Source of the DNA: Escherichia coli
GTDB taxonomy: Bacteria > Pseudomonadota > Gammaproteobacteria > Enterobacterales > Enterobacteriaceae
NCBI RefSeq assembly: GCF_003790525.1
Contig: NZ_CP033635.1
Strand: one strand, 5' to 3'
Length of the DNA stretch: 64,000 bases
A program made the position numbers and the translations under genes. Below, one piece after another: positions 56,473-64,000 of the stretch; position 1 is the first letter of the stretch, and every line of letters begins with the position of its first letter. Below the pieces are notes generated by a model that was given only the letters and a program-made list of their open reading frames with translations, had not been told where the DNA came from and did not search any database.

Positions 56473-57687
56473 ATGAAAAATCCCTATTACCCTACCGCAC
56501 TGGGGTTGTATTTTAATTATCTGGTGCATGGTATGGGCGTCATTTTGATGAGCCTGAATATGGCCTCGCTGGAGACGCTTTGGCAGACTAATGCCGCGGG
56601 CGTCTCGATAGTTATCTCATCACTGGGCATTGGTCGATTAAGTGTCTTGCTTTTTGCAGGATTATTATCCGATCGCTTTGGTCGCCGCCCTTTTATCATG
56701 CTCGGGATGTGCTGCTATATGGCCTTCTTTTTTGGCATCCTGCACACCAATAACATCATTATCGCTTATGTTTTTGGCTTTCTGGCGGGAATGGCAAACA
56801 GTTTTCTCGATGCAGGCACCTATCCCAGTTTGATGGAAGCTTTTCCACGCTCACCGGGTACAGCCAATATTTTAATTAAAGCATTTGTTTCCAGCGGACA
56901 ATTTTTATTACCGCTAATTATCAGCCTGTTAGTGTGGGCTGAACTGTGGTTCGGTTGGTCCTTTATGATTGCCGCAGGCATTATGTTTATTAACGCTCTG
57001 TTTTTATACCGTTGTACGTTCCCACCCCATCCGGGTCGTCGCTTACCTGTCATAAAGAAAACCACCAGCTCTACGGAACATCGCTGTTCAATTATCGATT
57101 TAGCCAGTTATACCTTATATGGCTATATCTCAATGGCAACGTTTTATCTGGTTAGCCAGTGGCTGGCACAATACGGACAATTTGTTGCAGGCATGTCATA
57201 CACTATGTCGATCAAACTACTCAGTATCTACACCGTGGGTTCGCTGCTTTGTGTATTTATTACCGCTCCACTCATTCGTAATACCGTTCGCCCAACAACA
57301 TTACTGATGCTGTACACCTTTATCTCATTTATCGCCCTGCTCACCGTCTGCCTGCATCCCACATTTTATGTGGTGATAATATTTGCTTTCGTCATCGGTT
57401 TTACCTCCGCAGGCGGTGTTGTACAAATTGGCCTGACGTTAATGGCGGAACGTTTTCCCTACGCTAAAGGAAAAGCAACGGGGATCTATTACAGTGCGGG
57501 CAGCATTGCAACATTTACCATTCCGTTGATTACGGCTCATCTTTCGCAAAGAAGTATTGCCGATATTATGTGGTTCGATACCGCCATCGCTGCCATCGGC
57601 TTTATACTGGCACTGTTTATTGGCTTACGCAGTCGCAAAGAAACGCGGCATCACTCGCTAAAGGAAAATGTCGCTCCGGGTGGGTAA
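56473..57687 (+). CDS. ydiM: MFS transporter
   Basis: 404 aa 12-TM ORF MKNPYYPTALGLYFNYLVHGMGVILMSLNMASLETLWQ...; paralog of downstream ydiN. Confidence 0.9.
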   Translation: MKNPYYPTALGLYFNYLVHGMGVILMSLNMASLETLWQTNAAGVSIVISSLGIGRLSVLLFAGLLSDRFGRRPFIMLGMCCYMAFFFGILHTNNIIIAYVFGFLAGMANSFLDAGTYPSLMEAFPRSPGTANILIKAFVSSGQFLLPLIISLLVWAELWFGWSFMIAAGIMFINALFLYRCTFPPHPGRRLPVIKKTTSSTEHRCSIIDLASYTLYGYISMATFYLVSQWLAQYGQFVAGMSYTMSIKLLSIYTVGSLLCVFITAPLIRNTVRPTTLLMLYTFISFIALLTVCLHPTFYVVIIFAFVIGFTSAGGVVQIGLTLMAERFPYAKGKATGIYYSAGSIATFTIPLITAHLSQRSIADIMWFDTAIAAIGFILALFIGLRSRKETRHHSLKENVAPGG

Positions 57688-57913
57688 TGCAATATTCTTT
57701 TCAGGTTATGCAAGATCTTACGGATAAATAACTCTTTCTGCGCTAACTAAGGAAAATCGCGATCAAAAACAAACTATGACATGCAATATTCCTGGAAACA
57801 TAAACTTTATGCCATGTACACAGGGAAAATCATCTTCAGTATAGTAATTATGTAAACCGTCGGAGAACAATACGTACGGTAACGAAATTATCTTTCAGCA
57901 AGGAGCTGTGAAA

Positions 57914-59179
57914 ATGTCTCAAAATAAGGCTTTCAGCACGCCATTTATCCTGGCTGTTCTTTGTATTTACTTCAGCTATTTCCTGCACGGCATTAGTGTT
58001 ATTACGCTTGCCCAAAACATGACATCTCTGGCAGAAAAGTTTTCCACTGACAACGCGGGCATTGCCTATTTAATTTCCGGTATCGGTTTGGGGCGATTGA
58101 TCAGTATTTTATTCTTCGGTGTGATCTCCGATAAGTTTGGTCGTCGGGCGGTGATATTAATGGCAGTAATAATGTATCTGCTATTCTTCTTTGGTATTCC
58201 TGCTTGCCCGAATTTAACTCTCGCCTACTGTCTGGCAGTGTGCGTAGGTATCGCTAACTCAGCGCTGGATACGGGTGGCTACCCCGCGCTCATGGAATGC
58301 TTTCCGAAAGCCTCTGGTTCGGCGGTCATACTGGTTAAAGCGATGGTGTCATTCGGGCAAATGTTCTACCCAATGCTGGTGAGCTATATGTTGCTCAATA
58401 ACATCTGGTACGGCTATGGGCTGATTATTCCGGGTATTCTGTTTGTACTGATCACGCTGATGCTGTTGAAAAGCAAATTCCCCAGCCAGTTGGTGGACGC
58501 CAGCGTAGCTAATGAATTACCGCAAATGAACAGCAAACCGTTAGTCTGGCTGGAAGGTGTTTCATCAGTACTGTTCGGTGTAGCCGCATTCTCGACCTTT
58601 TATGTGATTGTGGTGTGGATGCCCAAATATGCGATGGCTTTTGCTGGTATGTCAGAAGCTGAGGCATTAAAAACCATCTCTTATTACAGTATGGGTTCGC
58701 TGGTCTGTGTCTTTATTTTTGCCGCACTGCTGAAAAAAATGGTCCGGCCCATCTGGGCTAATGCATTTAACTCTGCACTGGCAACAATAACAGCTGCCAT
58801 TATCTACCTGTACCCTTCTCCATTGGTGTGTAATGCCGGAGCCTTTGTTATCGGTTTCTCAGCAGCTGGCGGCATTTTACAGCTCGGCGTTTCGGTCATG
58901 TCAGAGTTTTTCCCAAAAAGCAAAGCCAAAGTCACCAGTATATATATGATGATGGGTGGACTGGCTAACTTTGTTATTCCGCTGATTACCGGTTATCTGT
59001 CGAACATCGGCCTGCAATATATCATTGTTCTCGATTTTACTTTCGCGCTGCTGGCCCTGATTACCGCAATTATTGTTTTTATCCGCTATTACCGCGTTTT
59101 CATTATTCCTGAAAATGATGTGCGGTTTGGCGAGCATAAATTTAGCACCCGGTTAAACACAATTAAGCATAGAGGTTAA
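57914..59179 (+). CDS. ydiN: MFS transporter
   Basis: track ORF starts at GTG 57908; ATG 57914 preferred (AGGAG 8 nt upstream; [26 protein letters not shown]...), 421 aa. Confidence 0.88.
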   Translation: MSQNKAFSTPFILAVLCIYFSYFLHGISVITLAQNMTSLAEKFSTDNAGIAYLISGIGLGRLISILFFGVISDKFGRRAVILMAVIMYLLFFFGIPACPNLTLAYCLAVCVGIANSALDTGGYPALMECFPKASGSAVILVKAMVSFGQMFYPMLVSYMLLNNIWYGYGLIIPGILFVLITLMLLKSKFPSQLVDASVANELPQMNSKPLVWLEGVSSVLFGVAAFSTFYVIVVWMPKYAMAFAGMSEAEALKTISYYSMGSLVCVFIFAALLKKMVRPIWANAFNSALATITAAIIYLYPSPLVCNAGAFVIGFSAAGGILQLGVSVMSEFFPKSKAKVTSIYMMMGGLANFVIPLITGYLSNIGLQYIIVLDFTFALLALITAIIVFIRYYRVFIIPENDVRFGEHKFSTRLNTIKHRG

Positions 59180-59190
59180 AGGAGTTAATT

Positions 59191-60057
59191 ATGAATGTTA
59201 CCGCAAAATACGAATTGATTGGGTTGATGGCCTATCCCATCCGCCACAGTTTATCGCCCGAAATGCAGAATAAAGCCTTAGAAAAAGCGGGATTGCCATT
59301 TACCTATATGGCCTTTGAAGTGGATAACGATAGTTTTCCCGCAGCAATTGAAGGATTAAAAGCCCTCAAAATGCGTGGAACTGGTGTGTCGATGCCGAAC
59401 AAACAACTGGCGTGTGAATATGTTGATGAATTAACGCCAGCGGCCAAACTGGTGGGTGCCATCAACACCATCGTTAATGATGATGGCTATCTGCGTGGCT
59501 ATAACACCGACGGCACGGGTCATATTCGCGCCATTAAAGAGAGCGGTTTTGATATCAAAGGCAAAACGATGGTGCTATTAGGGGCCGGTGGTGCCTCAAC
59601 GGCAATTGGCGCGCAGGGGGCAATTGAAGGTTTAAAAGAAATTAAACTCTTTAACCGTCGGGATGAGTTCTTCGATAAAGCCCTCGCCTTCGCGCAGCGG
59701 GTTAACGAAAACACCGATTGTGTCGTCACGGTTACCGATCTCGCCGATCAGCAAGCCTTTGCTGAAGCCCTGGCTTCCGCCGACATTTTAACCAATGGCA
59801 CAAAAGTGGGTATGAAACCCCTTGAGAATGAATCATTGGTTCATGATATCAGTCTGTTACATCCGGGACTTCTGGTCACTGAATGCGTGTATAACCCGCA
59901 TATGACGAAGTTATTGCAGCAGGCGCAACAAGCGGGTTGCAAAACGATTGATGGATACGGCATGTTGTTGTGGCAAGGGGCTGAACAGTTCACGTTATGG
60001 ACTGGCAAAGATTTCCCTCTGGAATATGTTAAACAGGTCATGGGGTTCGGTGCCTGA
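59191..60057 (+). CDS. ydiB: quinate/shikimate 5-dehydrogenase, NAD(P)-dependent
   Basis: 288 aa [40 protein letters not shown]... recognised as YdiB; 11 bp after ydiN stop. Confidence 0.95.
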   Translation: MNVTAKYELIGLMAYPIRHSLSPEMQNKALEKAGLPFTYMAFEVDNDSFPAAIEGLKALKMRGTGVSMPNKQLACEYVDELTPAAKLVGAINTIVNDDGYLRGYNTDGTGHIRAIKESGFDIKGKTMVLLGAGGASTAIGAQGAIEGLKEIKLFNRRDEFFDKALAFAQRVNENTDCVVTVTDLADQQAFAEALASADILTNGTKVGMKPLENESLVHDISLLHPGLLVTECVYNPHMTKLLQQAQQAGCKTIDGYGMLLWQGAEQFTLWTGKDFPLEYVKQVMGFGA

Positions 60058-60087
60058 CAGGCTGACCGCGTGCAGAAAGGGTAAAAA

Positions 60088-60846
60088 ATGAAAACCGTAA
60101 CTGTAAAAGATCTCGTCATTGGTACGGGCGCACCTAAAATCATCGTCTCGCTGATGGCGAAAGATATCGCCAGCGTGAAATCCGAAGCTCTCGCCTATCG
60201 TGAAGCGGACTTTGATATTCTGGAATGGCGTGTTGACCACTATGCCGACCTCTCCAATGTGGAGTCTGTCATGGCGGCAGCAAAAATTCTCCGTGAAACC
60301 ATGCCAGAAAAACCGCTGCTGTTTACCTTCCGCAGTGCCAAAGAAGGCGGCGAGCAGGCGATTTCCACCGAGGCTTATATTGCACTCAATCGTGCAGCCA
60401 TCGACAGTGGCCTGGTTGATATGATCGATCTGGAGTTATTTACCGGCGATGATCAGGTTAAAGAAACCGTCGCCTACGCCCACGCGCATGATGTGAAAGT
60501 TGTCATGTCTAACCATGACTTCCATAAAACGCCGGAAGCCGAAGAAATCATTGCCCGTCTGCGCAAAATGCAGTCCTTCGACGCCGATATTCCTAAGATT
60601 GCGCTGATGCCGCAAAGTACCAGCGATGTGCTGACGTTGCTTGCCGCGACCCTGGAGATGCAGGAGCAGTATGCCGATCGTCCAATCATCACGATGTCGA
60701 TGGCAAAAACTGGCGTAATTTCTCGTCTGGCTGGTGAAGTATTTGGGTCGGCGGCAACTTTTGGTGCGGTAAAAAAAGCCTCTGCGCCAGGGCAAATCTC
60801 GGTAAATGATTTGCGTACGGTATTAACTATTTTACATCAGGCATAA
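60088..60846 (+). CDS. aroD: 3-dehydroquinate dehydratase, type I
   Basis: 252 aa [55 protein letters not shown]... Confidence 0.96.
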   Translation: MKTVTVKDLVIGTGAPKIIVSLMAKDIASVKSEALAYREADFDILEWRVDHYADLSNVESVMAAAKILRETMPEKPLLFTFRSAKEGGEQAISTEAYIALNRAAIDSGLVDMIDLELFTGDDQVKETVAYAHAHDVKVVMSNHDFHKTPEAEEIIARLRKMQSFDADIPKIALMPQSTSDVLTLLAATLEMQEQYADRPIITMSMAKTGVISRLAGEVFGSAATFGAVKKASAPGQISVNDLRTVLTILHQA

Positions 60847-60991
60847 GCAATAATATTTCGGCGGGAATACCCTCCCCCGCCGAACTAAAAAAAGTATTTT
60901 TAACCGTATTTAATAAAAATATTTCGTGAGTCTCTGTGCGCTAATTCTCCATCTGGCGTAGGGAAAATCACACCTGAATCAGGAATTAACA

Positions 60992-62587
60992 ATGAAACCT
61001 GTAAAACCACCTCGTATTAATGGACGAGTGCCGGTCCTGTCGGCACAGGAAGCGGTGAATTATATTCCCGACGAAGCAACACTTTGTGTGTTAGGCGCTG
61101 GCGGCGGTATTCTGGAAGCCACCACGTTAATTACTGCTCTTGCTGATAAATATAAACAGACTCAAACACCACGTAATTTATCGATTATTAGTCCAACAGG
61201 GCTTGGCGATCGCGCCGACCGTGGCATTAGTCCGCTGGCACAAGAAGGTCTGGTGAAATGGGCATTATGCGGTCACTGGGGACAATCGCCGCGTATTTCT
61301 GATCTCGCAGAACAAAATAAAATTATTGCTTATAACTATCCACAAGGTGTACTTACACAAACCTTACGCGCCGCCGCAGCCCACCAGCCTGGTATTATTA
61401 GTGATATTGGCATCGGAACATTTGTCGATCCACGCCAGCAAGGCGGCAAACTGAATGAAGTCACTAAAGAAGACCTGATTAAACTGGTCGAGTTTGATAA
61501 CAAAGAATATCTCTATTACAAATCGATTGCGCCAGATATCGCCTTCATTCGCGCTACCACCTGCGACAGCGAAGGCTACGCCACTTTTGAAGATGAGGTG
61601 ATGTATCTCGACGCATTGGTTATTGCTCAGGCGGTGCACAATAACGGCGGTATTGTGATGATGCAGGTGCAGAAAATGGTTAAGAAAGCCACGCTGCATC
61701 CTAAATCTGTCCGTATTCCGGGTTATCTGGTGGATATTGTGGTGGTCGATCCGGATCAAACCCAACTGTATGGCGGTGCACCGGTTAACCGCTTTATTTC
61801 TGGTGACTTCACCCTTGATGACAGTACCAAACTTAGCCTGCCCCTAAACCAACGTAAATTAGTTGCGCGGCGCGCATTATTCGAAATGCGCAAAGGCGCA
61901 GTGGGGAATGTCGGCGTCGGTATTGCTGACGGCATTGGCCTGGTCGCCCGGGAAGAAGGTTGTGCTGATGACTTTATTCTGACGGTAGAAACAGGTCCGA
62001 TTGGCGGTATTACTTCACAGGGGATCGCCTTTGGCGCGAACGTGAATACCCGCGCCATTCTGGATATGACGTCCCAGTTTGATTTTTATCACGGTGGTGG
62101 TCTGGATGTTTGTTATTTGAGTTTTGCTGAAGTCGACCAGCACGGTAACGTCGGCGTGCATAAATTCAATGGTAAAATCATGGGCACCGGTGGATTTATT
62201 GATATCAGTGCCACTTCGAAGAAAATCGTGTTCTGCGGCACATTAACTGCGGGCAGTTTAAAAACAGAAATTACCGACGGCAAATTAAATATCGTCCAGG
62301 AAGGACGGGTGAAGAAATTTATTCGGGAACTACCGGAAATAACTTTCAGCGGAAAAATCGCTCTCGAGCGAGGGCTGGATGTTCGTTATATCACTGAGCG
62401 CGCCGTATTCACGTTAAAAGAAGACGGCCTGCATTTAATCGAAATCGCTCCTGGCGTCGATTTACAAAAAGATATTTTCGACAAAATGGATTTCACCCCA
62501 GTGATTTCGCCAGAACTCAAACTGATGGACGAAAGATTATTTATCGATGCGGCGATGGGTTTTGTCCTGCCTGAAGCGGCTCATTAA
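60992..62587 (+). CDS. ydiF: fused acyl-CoA:acetate CoA-transferase (alpha/beta subunits)
   Basis: 531 aa ORF MKPVKPPRINGRVPVLSAQEAVNYIPDEATLCVLGAGGG... Confidence 0.9.
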   Translation: MKPVKPPRINGRVPVLSAQEAVNYIPDEATLCVLGAGGGILEATTLITALADKYKQTQTPRNLSIISPTGLGDRADRGISPLAQEGLVKWALCGHWGQSPRISDLAEQNKIIAYNYPQGVLTQTLRAAAAHQPGIISDIGIGTFVDPRQQGGKLNEVTKEDLIKLVEFDNKEYLYYKSIAPDIAFIRATTCDSEGYATFEDEVMYLDALVIAQAVHNNGGIVMMQVQKMVKKATLHPKSVRIPGYLVDIVVVDPDQTQLYGGAPVNRFISGDFTLDDSTKLSLPLNQRKLVARRALFEMRKGAVGNVGVGIADGIGLVAREEGCADDFILTVETGPIGGITSQGIAFGANVNTRAILDMTSQFDFYHGGGLDVCYLSFAEVDQHGNVGVHKFNGKIMGTGGFIDISATSKKIVFCGTLTAGSLKTEITDGKLNIVQEGRVKKFIRELPEITFSGKIALERGLDVRYITERAVFTLKEDGLHLIEIAPGVDLQKDIFDKMDFTPVISPELKLMDERLFIDAAMGFVLPEAAH

Positions 62588-62600
62588 CAGGAGTATAATG

Positions 62601-63752
62601 ATGGATTTTTCTTTAACTGAAGAACAAGAACTGCTGCTGGCCAGTATTCGCGAACTGATTACGACTAACTTTCCGGAAGAGTATTTCCGCACCTGCGATC
62701 AAAACGGGACATACCCGCGTGAGTTTATGCGGGCACTGGCGGATAACGGTATTTCCATGCTTGGCGTGCCGGAAGAATTTGGTGGTATCCCTGCGGATTA
62801 CGTCACCCAAATGCTGGCGCTGATGGAAGTGTCAAAATGCGGTGCTCCGGCATTTTTGATTACCAACGGTCAATGTATTCACAGTATGCGCCGTTTCGGT
62901 TCTGCAGAGCAGCTACGTAAAACGGCAGAGAGCACACTGGAAACGGGTGATCCCGCCTATGCCCTGGCATTGACGGAGCCAGGCGCAGGCTCAGACAACA
63001 ACAGTGCCACTACCACTTACACGCGTAAAAACGGCAAGGTTTACATCAACGGACAGAAAACCTTTATTACCGGTGCGAAAGAGTATCCATATATGCTGGT
63101 GTTGGCGCGCGATCCGCAACCGAAAGATCCGAAAAAGGCCTTTACTCTGTGGTGGGTCGACTCCAGTAAACCCGGCATTAAAATCAATCCACTGCATAAA
63201 ATCGGCTGGCATATGCTCAGCACCTGCGAAGTCTATCTCGACAACGTGGAAGTTGAAGAGAGCGACATGGTGGGCGAAGAAGGAATGGGTTTCCTCAATG
63301 TGATGTACAACTTTGAGATGGAGCGCCTGATCAACGCCGCGCGCAGCACCGGCTTTGCCGAATGCGCATTCGAAGATGCCGCCCGCTATGCCAACCAGCG
63401 TATCGCTTTTGGTAAGCCCATTGGTCATAACCAGATGATCCAGGAAAAACTGGCGCTGATGGCGATTAAGATCGACAACATGCGCAACATGGTGTTGAAA
63501 GTGGCATGGCAAGCCGATCAGCATCAGTCACTGCGCACCAGCGCGGCGCTGGCAAAACTGTACTGCGCACGTACCGCAATGGAAGTCATTGATGATGCGA
63601 TTCAAATCATGGGCGGTCTGGGCTATACCGATGAGGCGCGCGTGTCCCGCTTCTGGCGTGATGTCCGTTGTGAACGTATCGGCGGCGGTACAGACGAAAT
63701 TATGATTTACGTAGCGGGTCGGCAGATCCTGAAAGATTATCAGAACAAATAA
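62601..63752 (+). CDS. ydiO: acyl-CoA dehydrogenase family protein
   Basis: ORF 62547..63752; start placed at ATG 62601 (AGGAG 7 nt upstream; MDFSLTEEQELLLASIRELITTNFPEEYF...), 383 aa. Confidence 0.9.
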   Translation: MDFSLTEEQELLLASIRELITTNFPEEYFRTCDQNGTYPREFMRALADNGISMLGVPEEFGGIPADYVTQMLALMEVSKCGAPAFLITNGQCIHSMRRFGSAEQLRKTAESTLETGDPAYALALTEPGAGSDNNSATTTYTRKNGKVYINGQKTFITGAKEYPYMLVLARDPQPKDPKKAFTLWWVDSSKPGIKINPLHKIGWHMLSTCEVYLDNVEVEESDMVGEEGMGFLNVMYNFEMERLINAARSTGFAECAFEDAARYANQRIAFGKPIGHNQMIQEKLALMAIKIDNMRNMVLKVAWQADQHQSLRTSAALAKLYCARTAMEVIDDAIQIMGGLGYTDEARVSRFWRDVRCERIGGGTDEIMIYVAGRQILKDYQNK

Positions 63753-63758
63753 TCTGCA

Positions 63759-63790
63759 GGCGGCGCAGCTTCTTAACAAACTGCGCCGCC
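63759..63790. terminator. bidirectional hairpin between convergent ydiO and ydiP
   Basis: 10-bp GC stem ggcggcgcag / ctgcgccgcc with 12-nt loop between the two stops. Confidence 0.45.
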
Positions 63791-63794
63791 AGAT

Positions 63795-64000
63795 TTATCC
63801 GGCAAGACTTACTGGTTGAGGAAATTCAGATAGGATTTCTTGTTCCGCAAAACAGTTTTTAAATTGCCTGCGGTAATCGCTGGGCGAACAGCCGACATGG
63901 CGCAAAAACAGTTTGGCAAAGTGATCGACATTTTCATAACCCACACGCCAGGAAATCTCTGCCTGTGATAATTCAGTATTAGTGAGTGACCATTTCGCTT
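63795..64000 (-). CDS. ydiP: AraC/XylS-family regulator, C-terminal part only (5-prime end beyond window)
   Basis: hand translation of the minus strand gives ...FAKLFLRHVGCSPSDYRRQFKNCFAEQEILSEFPQPVSLAG-stop (TAA 63795..63797), the AraC HTH C-terminal signature; absent from ORF track because partial. Confidence 0.7.
   Translation of the reverse strand, partial: AKWSLTNTELSQAEISWRVGYENVDHFAKLFLRHVGCSPSDYRRQFKNCFAEQEILSEFPQPVSLAG

Overview
This 64 kb window reads as a contiguous, syntenic stretch of Escherichia coli K-12-type core chromosome, and I do not find a convincing previously undescribed system in it. Gene order is gst(partial)-pdxY-tyrS-pdxH-mliC-anmK / slyB / slyA / ydhIJK / sodC-ydhF-ydhL / nemR-nemA-gloA / rnt-lhr / grxD / mepH / sodB / ydhP / ynhF / purR / punR / punC / cfa / ribC / mdtK / ydhQ / valV-valW / ydhR / ydhS / ydhTUXWVY (minus strand) / fumD / pykF / lpp / ldtE / sufEDSCBA (minus strand) / ydiH-menI-ydiJ / ydiK / rprA / ydiL / ydiM-ydiN-ydiB-aroD / ydiF-ydiO / ydiP(partial). 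All identifications come from my own recognition of the translated ORFs and RNA sequences plus start-codon and frame checks against the printed sequence; no database search or alignment was run, and coordinates of short motifs are hand-counted. There is no IS element, integrase, prophage remnant, CRISPR array, restriction-modification or toxin-antitoxin signature. The observations most worth a second look are: (1) ydhS is split by a frameshift near a T4 run; (2) YdhT carries about 15 exact-period nonapeptide repeats; (3) the tightly packed, apparently FNR-controlled ydhYVWXUT oxidoreductase operon; (4) ydhQ, an autotransporter-passenger-like protein with no signal peptide or barrel; (5) the ydiMN-ydiB-aroD transporter/hydroaromatic cluster; and (6) small features missing from the ORF track (29-aa ynhF, RprA, a possible RydB terminator hairpin).
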